A stretch of DNA of 42,456 nt from an uncultured Candidatus Saccharibacteria bacterium (GCA_964413595.1 CAYPSR010000002.1:1-42456), one strand, 5' to 3'; shown: positions 1 through 9,495, counted from the stretch's first letter. Made by a program: numbers and translations. The notes: generated from the sequence alone by a model not told the origin.

Positions 1-909
1 GAAGTTTTTGATACAGTTTTTCCAAAACTTGTTGATGCTTGGGTTAATCAGCGCGGAGTATTTGAAACAGGTGTTTATTTGCCACAAAATGAAATTTATG
101 ATTTGGGGCTTGACAATGTAGCTCTTGACAATGCTTTATTTTATTTAAGTATTGCCACTCTTCACGGAAAGTCGTCTGATTTAATCTATCAAGAGGTTGC
201 TAAATCAATAATACAGGATCCAGAAAACCTAAAATTATTCGAAACTCAATATATCGCATCTTATTTAGAAGATGATTTTGCAGACAAATTATTAGCATCT
301 GGTATTCATAGGCAAAATGAAATTGCTGATCGTTGGAAAGCTACCGCTGATTATTTAAACTCACTTGGTATTATTAGACCATCTGAATTGATTTTGCAAT
401 TAGGAAGTATTACCCAATTTTTAAAAGACCACTCGCTAAAGCAAAACGAAAAACGAGGCACTGGCATTAAGGGGATTTCTGGAAAAACCGGATCTCTTTA
501 TGTTGTATTTTGTCAGGAACAAGGATGGTTGAAAAGTATTAAAAACGCTTTCCCGGTTGACGTTTGGATTTCCAGAATTTTAATACAAATTGGAGCCATT
601 AAAGGAATTGGTTATTGGGAAGTTGATGAGATGGAATTGCACTTACGTGAAATTTTGTGTGAGTATTATAATGAAAAAGGAATTTATGTTTCACACTTAA
701 ACGGTGCCTTGTGGAGATTAGGTGCAACGCTTTGTACAAAGGCTCCAACATGCTATCAGGATCTTTGCCCGATTCCAGACGATTGCTTGAGTATAATTCG
801 GGGAATTACTGAAGGGAAGCCTGGAAAACGAGGCGTTGATTTTGATTTGCTATATAATGAAGATGGTAAATCAAGATTTAAACCAGTTTATCGACAATTT
901 GAAATTTAA
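1..909 (+). CDS. Endonuclease III-like HhH-GPD base-excision repair protein (5' end runs off the window)
   Basis: The frame is open from nt 1; the track's M at 79 is a TTG. HhH-like GIKGISGKTGSLYVVF is followed by FPVDVWISRIL (compare Nth LPGVGRKTA...VDTHV.RV). C-terminal Cys4 cluster CTKAPTCYQDLCPIPDDC. Confidence 0.45.
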   Translation, partial: EVFDTVFPKLVDAWVNQRGVFETGVYLPQNEIYDLGLDNVALDNALFYLSIATLHGKSSDLIYQEVAKSIIQDPENLKLFETQYIASYLEDDFADKLLASGIHRQNEIADRWKATADYLNSLGIIRPSELILQLGSITQFLKDHSLKQNEKRGTGIKGISGKTGSLYVVFCQEQGWLKSIKNAFPVDVWISRILIQIGAIKGIGYWEVDEMELHLREILCEYYNEKGIYVSHLNGALWRLGATLCTKAPTCYQDLCPIPDDCLSIIRGITEGKPGKRGVDFDLLYNEDGKSRFKPVYRQFEI

Positions 910-968
910 TAATTTTTTAAAGTTATCAATATATAATTGTTTTTTAAAAATATTATGATAGAATTAAA

Positions 969-1005
969 CTATAGGGCATTTCGTGAGAAAGTGTCTAAGG
1001 AGTTT
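969..1005 (+). repeat. GNRA-hairpin + CTAAGGA element, copy 1
   Basis: ctataGGGCATTTC-GTGA-GAAAGTGTCTAAGGAgttt. Near-identical to 1273-1309. Its AAGGAG lies 9 nt upstream of the ATG at 1012. Confidence 0.7.
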
Positions 1006-1011
1006 AAAAAA

Positions 1012-1278
1012 ATGAAGATAAACATAATCTCAAAAAAATTAAAAGCAGTTTCAAGTTTAAAAAGATTATTAATTATTAGAAAATTAAAGTCTTCAAAAAG
1101 ATCCACTAATTCAGAGATTGCAAGTTATATTAATCTTTCTTACAAAAGTACAAATCGGCATTTGCAAGTTTTAATAAATTCTGAAATTATAAATAATGAA
1201 ACCGTAAATGGATATGTAGTTTTTTTTCTAAATAAAAATCAAGAAGGTTTTATCAAAAATGTTATTAAGAACCTATAG
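1012..1278 (+). CDS. Small winged-helix (ArsR-like) transcriptional regulator
   Basis: LKRLLIIRKLKSSKRSTNSEIASYINLSYKSTNRHLQVLINSEII resembles an ArsR/SmtB HTH. ATG at 1012 with AAGGAG upstream is preferred over the track's TTG at 937, which reads through the repeat. Confidence 0.45.
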   Translation: MKINIISKKLKAVSSLKRLLIIRKLKSSKRSTNSEIASYINLSYKSTNRHLQVLINSEIINNETVNGYVVFFLNKNQEGFIKNVIKNL

Positions 1279-1309
1279 GGCATTTCGTGAGAAAGTGCTT
1301 AAGGAATTT
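1273..1309 (+). repeat. GNRA-hairpin + TTAAGGA element, copy 2
   Basis: ctataGGGCATTTC-GTGA-GAAAGTGCTTAAGGAattt. It overlaps the TAG stop of the wHTH gene, so the gene is bracketed by direct copies. Confidence 0.7.
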
Positions 1310-1325
1310 GAGTTAAATATATTTT

Positions 1326-1847
1326 ATGAAATTATTAGTTGTGGCTTATCCTATTAGATTATATATTGATAATGTTTTTTATCATCTTTACCATGCCGAT
1401 GCTAGTGTTCAGCCAATTATTGACGCATATAATGGTTTAATTGACGGGGAATATAGACAAAAAGGATATAAAATTTGCTTTCTTTTGCCGAAAGCTCACA
1501 GGGTTGATTCAAAAGAAAGAGGCATGGATTCGCGCATTAAGGTTTTTGATCAAGACATTATTCTTTATGGGAATAGAACAATGACGCAAAAAGACATTGA
1601 TAATGGAGCAGAAGATCATCTAGATTTTCAAATGATGCCAGAATATTTTAATCAACCAAATAATGAAATAGTTGTTTGCGGTTTTCATCGGTTAAATTGT
1701 GTTCAGAGAATATTTGAAGAATTTATGGAAACAGGAAGTGTTGTAGCGATCGATAAGTCCTTGACTGATTATCACTTTGAATATTCAGTAGCTAGAGAGT
1801 GGGAAAAGTTATTACAAGAAAGCAATGTCCGGGAAGGGGCAATATAA
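1326..1847 (+). CDS. Hypothetical protein (possible cysteine-hydrolase/isochorismatase-like fold, weak)
   Basis: 173-aa ORF abutting tgt (TAAATG junction). The only hint to function is IVVCGFHRLNCVQRIFEEF. Confidence 0.5.
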   Translation: MKLLVVAYPIRLYIDNVFYHLYHADASVQPIIDAYNGLIDGEYRQKGYKICFLLPKAHRVDSKERGMDSRIKVFDQDIILYGNRTMTQKDIDNGAEDHLDFQMMPEYFNQPNNEIVVCGFHRLNCVQRIFEEFMETGSVVAIDKSLTDYHFEYSVAREWEKLLQESNVREGAI

Positions 1848-2993
<1,146 letters not shown>

Positions 2994-3002
2994 AACAAAC
3001 CA

Positions 3003-3068
3003 TCTTGTTACACCTCGTAGGTGCGTTTTTTAGCCTCAGGATTTGTCTTGTTACACCTCGTAGGTGCG
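3003..3068 (+). repeat. Two 23-bp direct repeats, each with a small hairpin
   Basis: tcttgttaCACCTcgtAGGTGcg at 3003-3025 and 3046-3068. The first copy is followed by TTTTTT, so it may act as the tgt terminator. Confidence 0.6.
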
Positions 3069-3096
3069 AGTAGATGGTTAGACTTTATTTTTAATC

Positions 3097-3126
3097 TTGA
3101 CACCTTATAATCTTCGGGTCTATTAT
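3097..3126 (+). promoter_or_regulatory. Sigma70-like promoter for the R-M operon
   Basis: TTGACA-N18-TATTAT within the recurring tcTTGACAcc context. Confidence 0.45.
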
Positions 3127-3262
3127 GAGATAACAAATAAATAATTTCTTGATCTCTCAAAATTTATAAACTTATTGGGATTTGATGAAGAAATAAAGGA
3201 TTTGATTTTTGGGACTAAAAGAAATAAGATTGAATTAATAACTCGAAAATAAAATAATTACT

Positions 3263-4534
3263 ATGAAGCAAAAAATTATATCTGATTTTAGTAAGGTTAT
3301 GATTGATTATTCATGGTCTTTTTCTGATAAAACTAGAAAAGATACGGCTTATATTACGCACGGTTACCATCGCTACCCTGCAAAATTTATTCCTCAAATA
3401 GTTTCTCGTTTAGCAAAAAAATACACCAAAGAAGATGATTTAATTGTTGATCCTTTTGGCGGTTGTGGCACAACTCTTGTTGAATCAAAAGTAATGGGAC
3501 GGCTATCTGTTGGCGTTGATATAAACCCTGTTGCTGTTTTGATTACTAAAGCAAAAATTACTCCAATTGATCCAGAAAAAATTGAAAAAGCATTAATGAT
3601 ACTACAAAAAAAACTAGACACATATAGCAAAGATATAAAGATACAAACGCCCAAACACGAAAGAATTGATTATTGGTTTAAGCCGGAAGAAAAAAGAAAA
3701 CTTGCTTTTATTTTTGCTGAAATTTCAAAATTAAAAAATCAAGACATTAGAGATTTTTTTTATTGTGGATTTTCTAACATTTTGAAAAATTGTTCAATTT
3801 GGCTACAAAAAAGTAATAAGCCAACAAGAGATTTGAATAAAAAACCTGCCGACCCGATACAAACTTTTTATAGGCAGATTAAAATGATGATGAGGGGAAA
3901 CGCTCGTTTTTATGAATTGTCAAAAGAAAAAAAACATTTTAAAATATCAAGCCAAGTTTATTGCACAGACGCAAGAACAATTCCAGTTAAAGATAATTCT
4001 GTTAGTTTAATTATTACCTCACCTCCCTATGTTACTTCCTACGAATATGCTGATTTGCACCAATTAACTGCTTTGTGGATGGGACATACAAAGAATTTAA
4101 GTGTTTTTCGTAAAAGATTTATTGGCACTTCCTATCACAGCAAAGAATATTTGGTTTTAAATAGTACGCTTGCTGAAAAAATAAGAAATGAACTATTGAA
4201 AAAAGACAGAAAAACTGCGGAGGAAGTTTCGGCCTATTTTAGCGAGATGAATCAAGTTTTTGTAGAAATGAAAAGAGTTTTAAAAGGGGGTGGAAAAACC
4301 TGCATAGTTATTGGAAATACAAGCTTAAAAGGAGTTAAAATATTAAATGCTGAAGTTTTTGCTGAGCAATTACAAAATTTAGGATTGAAAATTGCTGATA
4401 TTATTAAAAGAGAAATTCCGTCAAAAAATCTACCAACTGCCAGAGATAAAAAAACAGGCAGATTTGCGAAAATCAGCGATAAAAATAAGGTATCTGCTTA
4501 TCCTACAGAGTATATATTAATAATGGAGAAATAA
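3263..4534 (+). CDS. DNA amino-methyltransferase (N4-C or N6-A), alpha-like motif order
   Basis: Motif I DPFGGCGTT (aa 63) and motif IV TSPPY (aa ~253), with about 190 aa between them. Confidence 0.8.
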   Translation: MKQKIISDFSKVMIDYSWSFSDKTRKDTAYITHGYHRYPAKFIPQIVSRLAKKYTKEDDLIVDPFGGCGTTLVESKVMGRLSVGVDINPVAVLITKAKITPIDPEKIEKALMILQKKLDTYSKDIKIQTPKHERIDYWFKPEEKRKLAFIFAEISKLKNQDIRDFFYCGFSNILKNCSIWLQKSNKPTRDLNKKPADPIQTFYRQIKMMMRGNARFYELSKEKKHFKISSQVYCTDARTIPVKDNSVSLIITSPPYVTSYEYADLHQLTALWMGHTKNLSVFRKRFIGTSYHSKEYLVLNSTLAEKIRNELLKKDRKTAEEVSAYFSEMNQVFVEMKRVLKGGGKTCIVIGNTSLKGVKILNAEVFAEQLQNLGLKIADIIKREIPSKNLPTARDKKTGRFAKISDKNKVSAYPTEYILIMEK

Positions 4535-4538
4535 GAAT

Positions 4539-5207
4539 ATGACTATAAATGATTTAATCAAAATTTATGAAACGAAAAAGAAAAAATACGGTATGCAAGC
4601 ATACAGACACATTTCAAATGTTTTAAAAGAAGCAAAAGAGCAACACAAAAAAGACTTTATGGGTAGTGACCATGAACAATCATGGCGTGCTTTTAAAGGT
4701 AAAAATTTAGAAAAACTAATTGAGTATATTATTACTGACGAAGTTCTGGCTTTAGGGTTAAAAGTTGTTAATGGAAATAGTTTAGAGAGGACAAATAGTA
4801 CTAATTTATCGAAAGAATTAAGTTTGGTAAAAAGAAATTTGATCGTTGATTATGGCGAATTTGGTTCTCATTTACCCGATGTTGATTTAATTATTTATGA
4901 CCCAAAAGCAAGCAATGTCGTAGCTGTTTTATCAAGTAAAGTAACTTTACGAGAGAGAATTGCCCAAACAGGTTATTGGAAAATTAAACTTGCATCTGAT
5001 GAAGCGACTAAGCATATTAAGGTTTATTTTGTGACTCCCGATGAGGATGGAACTTTGACAATTAAAAAGCCAACAAAAAAAGGTAGAGCGATTGTTGAAG
5101 TAGATACAGACGGTAGTTATGTTTTAAGCGAAACAGATATTGAGGAAAGTAATAAAGTAAAGATGTTTGATAAATTTATTGATGATCTTAAAAAATTACT
5201 TAAATAA
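4539..5207 (+). CDS. Putative type II restriction endonuclease (PD-(D/E)xK-like)
   Basis: LPDVDLIIYD...VAVLSSKVTLRERIAQTGYW. Lies 4 nt downstream of the methyltransferase. Confidence 0.5.
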   Translation: MTINDLIKIYETKKKKYGMQAYRHISNVLKEAKEQHKKDFMGSDHEQSWRAFKGKNLEKLIEYIITDEVLALGLKVVNGNSLERTNSTNLSKELSLVKRNLIVDYGEFGSHLPDVDLIIYDPKASNVVAVLSSKVTLRERIAQTGYWKIKLASDEATKHIKVYFVTPDEDGTLTIKKPTKKGRAIVEVDTDGSYVLSETDIEESNKVKMFDKFIDDLKKLLK

Positions 5208-5208
5208 T

Positions 5209-5454
5209 ATGACACAATTACAAATAAAATTAGAGTGGAAAAAAGTTTTGGAAGAAACTCATAAAATTTATAATTTGGATTTATATAAGAATAAACTAAA
5301 ACGATATCAACAGATTGTTATACTTAGGGAGCTTCTTTTATTTTGCCAAGTTGTATTAGAAAAAATTAAAACAGGTAAAAATAATGCTTTTAACGAAACG
5401 ATTTATAAAAAAAATATAAATTTTTATTGTACACAAATAAAAAGATATGGCTAA
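5209..5454 (+). CDS. Small hypothetical protein in the R-M operon
   Basis: 81 codons. ATG lies 1 nt after the nuclease stop and the ORF overlaps the next gene by 8 nt. No motif recognised. Confidence 0.35.
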   Translation: MTQLQIKLEWKKVLEETHKIYNLDLYKNKLKRYQQIVILRELLLFCQVVLEKIKTGKNNAFNETIYKKNINFYCTQIKRYG

Positions 5455-6142
5455 AGATTTAATTTTAGAATCCACCACTCTTTGGGATTATCCAACTCAA
5501 AATTATGGCGATAAACCACATGGTAATAATATATACAACGGCGTTACGCCAGCTTTTGTAATTTGGAATTTACTTCAGCGATATACAAAAGAGGGTGATT
5601 TAGTAGTTGATCCGATGTGTGGAAGCGGAACTACAATCGATGTTGCAAAAGAATTGAAGCGCGAAGTGATAGGATATGATCTTAATGTTACAAGGCCTGA
5701 AATAATCAAAAACGATTCTCGGAAAATTCCGCTGAAAGATGATTCTGTTGATTTTGTTTTTATTGACTCGCCATATTCGGACAATATCAATTATTCTAAT
5801 GACAAAAAATGTATTGGAAAAATTTCGTGCGAAAAAACAGAATTTTATGACGAATTAGAAAAAGTCGCTTCTGAAATTGCTAGAATTTTAAAATCAGGAA
5901 AAGTGATGGGTTGGGTTATTGCAGATCAATGGATTAAAAAGAAATTTACAGCTGTTGGATTTTTACTTTGGCAAAGATTAGAAAAATATTTTGAACCAAT
6001 GGAAATAGTTTGCTTGACAAGACACAATCAAACATCAAATACTGGAATTTGGCACAGCAGGGCAAGGCAGTATAATTTTTATTTACGAGGTTTTAAATAT
6101 TTGTTTATAATGAAAAAGCCTTCAAATATAATTAAGAAATGA
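5447..6142 (+). CDS. Small SAM-dependent DNA (or RNA) methyltransferase, gamma-like motif order
   Basis: DPMCGSGTT (aa 55) and an atypical motif IV, FIDSPY (aa 105-110). Confidence 0.7.
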   Translation: MAKDLILESTTLWDYPTQNYGDKPHGNNIYNGVTPAFVIWNLLQRYTKEGDLVVDPMCGSGTTIDVAKELKREVIGYDLNVTRPEIIKNDSRKIPLKDDSVDFVFIDSPYSDNINYSNDKKCIGKISCEKTEFYDELEKVASEIARILKSGKVMGWVIADQWIKKKFTAVGFLLWQRLEKYFEPMEIVCLTRHNQTSNTGIWHSRARQYNFYLRGFKYLFIMKKPSNIIKK

Positions 6143-6807
6143 AAAAAATGAATAAACATGAAAAAGAATTTTGGGATCAATATAAAAGATGGTATCTAGA
6201 TGATATTGAGCGATGTTTTAAAAGTAGTGCTAATTTTGCCACAATGACCTTAATATTAACAACTATTGATTCTCTTGGTGGATTTTATAATGGATTAATA
6301 AAAACAAAAATAACAAAAATTTATAAGTGTAGCAGTTGTGAAGTGATCAAAAAAATAAAAAAGAAAAAATGGCTAGTGCCGTTGGGTGGTAAAAGATTAA
6401 AATTAGCAAAAGAGATCTATAATATTAAAGGGCATAGCTATGAAGTTTCTGGCAATCGTGATGTTTTTGTGAATTTTATAAAAAACTATATGAATAACTT
6501 CTATCAAAAAGTATTACAAGGTACAAAAGAAAAGCGAGCAGTGGAAATTCTTTATTCACACTTTCGAAATGGGTTTGTTCATGAGGGTGGGCCGAAGTTC
6601 GGAACAGGAATATATAAAAGTGATTCCTCGGAGTTATTTAAGCCATATCCTAAAATAGGAATTTTTATGGCAATAAACCTAACTTCTTTTTACAAGTATT
6701 TTAAAAATGCTTTTGCTGATTACGAAAATGATTTATTTGACATAAAACAACCAGAGAGATTAGATAGGTGGAGAGTAAGAATGAATTATTTATTAGGATT
6801 CAAGTGA
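6139..6807 (+). CDS. Hypothetical protein with HEPN-like Rx4H motif
   Basis: ATGA overlap with the upstream methyltransferase. ILYSHFRNGFVHEG (R-N-x3-H) in a helical-looking protein. Confidence 0.35.
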   Translation: MKKMNKHEKEFWDQYKRWYLDDIERCFKSSANFATMTLILTTIDSLGGFYNGLIKTKITKIYKCSSCEVIKKIKKKKWLVPLGGKRLKLAKEIYNIKGHSYEVSGNRDVFVNFIKNYMNNFYQKVLQGTKEKRAVEILYSHFRNGFVHEGGPKFGTGIYKSDSSELFKPYPKIGIFMAINLTSFYKYFKNAFADYENDLFDIKQPERLDRWRVRMNYLLGFK

Positions 6808-6808
6808 T

Positions 6809-6961
6809 ATATTTTCTTGACCCTATGAATCTTATCTTTCGCCTTTTGGGGAAAAAATAAGAAAGTAGCCTCAATCGCCTGCTGGCTCTTGAGGAGATTC
6901 CTCGCCAGTCGTTCGGAATGACAATATTTCTTGACCCTTCTAATCTTGTCTTTTGCCTTTT
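6809..6961. repeat. Pair of ~38-bp direct repeats (period 115 bp)
   Basis: atattttcttgaccctatgaatcttatctttcgcctttt versus atatttcttgacccttctaatcttgtcttttgcctttt. Confidence 0.7.
6894..6922 (-). repeat. GTCATTCC...GGAATCTC hairpin repeat unit
   Basis: The reverse complement reads GTCATTCCGAACGACTGGCGAGGAATCTC. Confidence 0.65.
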
Positions 6962-7029
6962 CAGTATTATTCATACACGGCTCAAGATGCGATTTTAGCA
7001 GGGTCTGCAAATTTGGCTTTGCCAAATTC

Positions 7030-7058
7030 TTGACACCCACATTTTTTTATTTTATTAT
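7030..7058 (+). promoter_or_regulatory. Promoter-like element
   Basis: tcTTGACAccc-N17-TATTAT. Confidence 0.35.
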
Positions 7059-7108
7059 ATAACTATAAGTTAATAAAAAACCGGTAAAAAGTCTGGTCTC
7101 AGACAAGC

Positions 7109-7137
7109 TTGACACCCTGTTATTATTTTGATATCAT
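7109..7137 (+). promoter_or_regulatory. Candidate tuf promoter
   Basis: gcTTGACAccc; TTGACA-N17-TATCAT, about 225 nt upstream of tuf. Confidence 0.45.
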
Positions 7138-7297
7138 TTAAAGCATGTATGTAGTATTTGGTATATGGTATTTAGGAAAAACATAAACTAAAAATCACAA
7201 AACATAGTAATATATAAAATATTAATCAAAAAAATTATAACAAAATAGAAATTTATGTTCTCAATTTCATTCGAACAATAAATTTCTTATTAATACG

Positions 7298-7345
7298 ACC
7301 CCAGTGAAATCCGCTTCGCTAATTTCTGCGAAATATTTCACGGGG
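7298..7345 (+). promoter_or_regulatory. Nested hairpins in the tuf leader
   Basis: CCCCAGTGAAAT...ATTTCACGGGG encloses ATTTC-TGC-GAAAT. Ends about 8 nt before the AAGGAAGGA Shine-Dalgarno. Confidence 0.4.
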
Positions 7346-7361
7346 CAAGGAAGGAAATAAA

Positions 7362-8543
7362 ATGGCTGAAAAATTTGACAGAAACAAACCTCATTTAAAC
7401 ATTGGTACAATTGGTCATGTTGATCACGGTAAAACTACTTTAACCGCGGCAATTTTGCACTACTTGTCAAAAACAGGTCAAGCAAAAGACACAAAGGTTG
7501 ATCAAATTGACAATGCTCCTGAAGAAAAAGATCGTGGCATCACTATTAACATTTCTCATCAAGAGTACGAAACCGAGAAAAGACATTATGCTCATATTGA
7601 TTGCCCGGGTCATGCTGATTATATTAAAAATATGATTACTGGTGCCGCTCAAATGGACGGTGCTATTTTGGTTGTTGCTGCAACAGACGGAATAATGCCT
7701 CAAACAAGAGAACATATCTTACTTGCAAAACAAGTTGGCGTTCCAGCAATAGTAGTTTACATGAACAAAACCGATCAAGTATCGGACCCAGAATTACTGG
7801 ATTTGGTTGAAGAAGAAATCAGAGAACTTTTAGACAAACAAGAATTTAATGGAAAAGAAACTCCAATAATTAGGGGATCAGCGCTTAAAGCATTAGAAGA
7901 TGATGCTGATGCATTAAAATCAATTGAAGACCTTTTAAAAGGAATTGATGATTTTATTCCAGAGCCAAAAAGAGACACTGAAAAACCATTTTTAATGGCT
8001 GTTGAAGATGTATTTACAATTTCAGGTCGCGGAACAGTTGTTACTGGTCGAGTTGAACGTGGAATTGCAAAATTAAATGACGAAATCGAAATTGTTGGAC
8101 TTAAAGCAACTAAAAAAGCAGTTATTACTGGAATTGAAATGTTTAGAAAACAACTAGACGAAGCCCAAGCCGGTGATAATGCTGGAATTTTGCTTCGTGG
8201 AATTGAAAGAGATGATGTTGAGCGTGGTCAAGTTTTGGCAAAACCAGGATCAATTACACCACATAGTGAATTTGATGCGGAAGTATATGCTTTAAAGAAA
8301 GAAGAAGGCGGAAGACATACTCCAATTATGAATGGTTATAAACCACAATTTTATGTTCGAACAACTGATGTTACGGGCGAGGTTGCACTTCCAGAAGGAA
8401 CAGAAATGATTATGCCGGGCGATACAGCAAATTTGAAAGTGAAACTTATTCAACCAGTTGCTGTTGAAGATGGAATGAGATTTGCTGTTAGAGAAGGTGG
8501 TAAAACTGTGGGTGCTGGTGTAGTTACAAAGATTTCAAAATAA
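7362..8543 (+). CDS. tuf: Elongation factor Tu
   Basis: [22 protein letters not shown], full-length 393 aa. Confidence 0.98.
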   Translation: MAEKFDRNKPHLNIGTIGHVDHGKTTLTAAILHYLSKTGQAKDTKVDQIDNAPEEKDRGITINISHQEYETEKRHYAHIDCPGHADYIKNMITGAAQMDGAILVVAATDGIMPQTREHILLAKQVGVPAIVVYMNKTDQVSDPELLDLVEEEIRELLDKQEFNGKETPIIRGSALKALEDDADALKSIEDLLKGIDDFIPEPKRDTEKPFLMAVEDVFTISGRGTVVTGRVERGIAKLNDEIEIVGLKATKKAVITGIEMFRKQLDEAQAGDNAGILLRGIERDDVERGQVLAKPGSITPHSEFDAEVYALKKEEGGRHTPIMNGYKPQFYVRTTDVTGEVALPEGTEMIMPGDTANLKVKLIQPVAVEDGMRFAVREGGKTVGAGVVTKISK

Positions 8544-8553
8544 ATTACTGATT

Positions 8554-8582
8554 AAGCCCCTGATTAGAATAGGGGCTTTTTC
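8554..8582 (+). terminator. Intrinsic terminator after tuf
   Basis: AAGCCCCT-loop-AGGGGCTT followed by a T-run. Confidence 0.75.
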
Positions 8583-8673
8583 TTGAGATTATATTATTAA
8601 ATTGCCATGAAGTTAAATAAATATACTTCATGGTTGTACCCCTGAAGTATGCGCAAGCTTAGCTTTAGGGTAA

Positions 8674-9012
8674 ATGCGAGAAGTAAAAATGGCTGAAAAA
8701 CAAGCTTCAAAAAGCAAAATTCGCATTAAGTTGCGAGCCTATGACTATCGAATAGTCGATAAGTCAGCACAAAAGATTTGTGATACAGCAGAACGAACCG
8801 GAGCAATGGTTACTGGTCCGATTCCTTTACCAACCGAAAGAAAGTTGTACACAGTTTTAAGAAGCACATTCGTTAAAAAAGATGCAAGAGATCAGTTTGA
8901 AATGAAAACTCATAAAAGGCTGATCGATATTGTAAATCCAACAAATAAAACGATTGATGCTTTAATGTCGCTTGATTTACCTACCGGTGTTGATATTGAA
9001 ATAAAAATGTGA
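8674..9012 (+). CDS. rpsJ: 30S ribosomal protein S10
   Basis: [15 protein letters not shown]...[10 protein letters not shown]. An alternative ATG at 8689 is possible. Confidence 0.95.
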   Translation: MREVKMAEKQASKSKIRIKLRAYDYRIVDKSAQKICDTAERTGAMVTGPIPLPTERKLYTVLRSTFVKKDARDQFEMKTHKRLIDIVNPTNKTIDALMSLDLPTGVDIEIKM

Positions 9013-9104
9013 TCAGCAAATAACAAGTAAAAGATAATAGGTTGAAAACATAGTATCATTTCTGATAAATATAGAAAAGTTCGAAATATTCAATCTTATA
9101 TATA

Positions 9105-9131
9105 AAAATCCCGCTTAAAACGGGATTTTTG
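9105..9131 (+). terminator. Intrinsic terminator after rpsJ
   Basis: AAAATCCCG-cttaaaa-CGGGATTTT followed by T. Confidence 0.65.
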
Positions 9132-9193
9132 AATAAAACCTATGTTTTTTTAATGCTACATAAGTTTCGAAACATATTAGACAAAATAAGATT

Positions 9194-9406
9194 GTCATTC
9201 TGAGTGCAAGCGAAGTCCCGACATAAAGTCGGGATCCCGTATCCTCGCTATGCGAGGCATCGGGAAATCCCATTTTTACTAACAGGCAGGTTTCGCGTAT
9301 GCGAGTCAATCCTGAAACAAGTTCAGGGATCCCTTTCTACGCTCGGGATGACAAAATGTCAGCTTAGAGATCCCTCGTCATTTCATTTTTCAAGATGACG
9401 AGAGCC
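9194..9406. repeat. Cluster of at least 5 short GC-rich hairpin repeats
   Basis: Hairpins seen: GTCATTCTGAG.., TCCCGAC/GTCGGGA, CCTCGC/GCGAGG, CCTGAA/TTCAGG, ATCCC..GGGATGAC, CTCGTCAT/ATGACGAG. Confidence 0.8.
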
Positions 9407-9495
9407 TTAACTCTTAAAAGTCTAATATGTATGGGACGGATACAGGGTCTTGCAAAATAGATTTTAAAATCATATTATAGAATTAAGGAGATAAT

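Noticed and set aside
3003-3068. Possible mini-CRISPR array (23-bp repeat, 20-nt spacer)
   Set aside because: Only two repeats are present, and both repeat and spacer are shorter than in known arrays. No cas genes are nearby. The first copy reads as a hairpin plus T-run terminator.
5167-5208. Track start at 5167 for the small ORF in the R-M operon
   Set aside because: It overlaps the nuclease C-terminus. ATG at 5209, 1 nt after the nuclease stop, is the economical start. The ORF itself remains low confidence.
3394-5790. Antisense ORFs 3394-3654 (-) and 5575-5790 (-) that resemble each other
   Set aside because: They lie opposite motif I of the two methyltransferases. Their similarity is a mirror of the shared DP.CGSGTT coding sequence.
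6786-7040. 84-aa minus-strand ORF
   Set aside because: Its sequence is the translation of the two 38-bp direct repeats (KDKIRRVKKY / KDKIHRVKKIY) and a hairpin unit. It is more likely a repeat artefact than a gene.
9115-9398. Track ORFs 9115-9309 (-) and 9204-9398 (+)
   Set aside because: Both run through the stack of palindromic repeats, which is open in several frames because of its GC-rich symmetric units. Neither has a Shine-Dalgarno or a plausible protein sequence.
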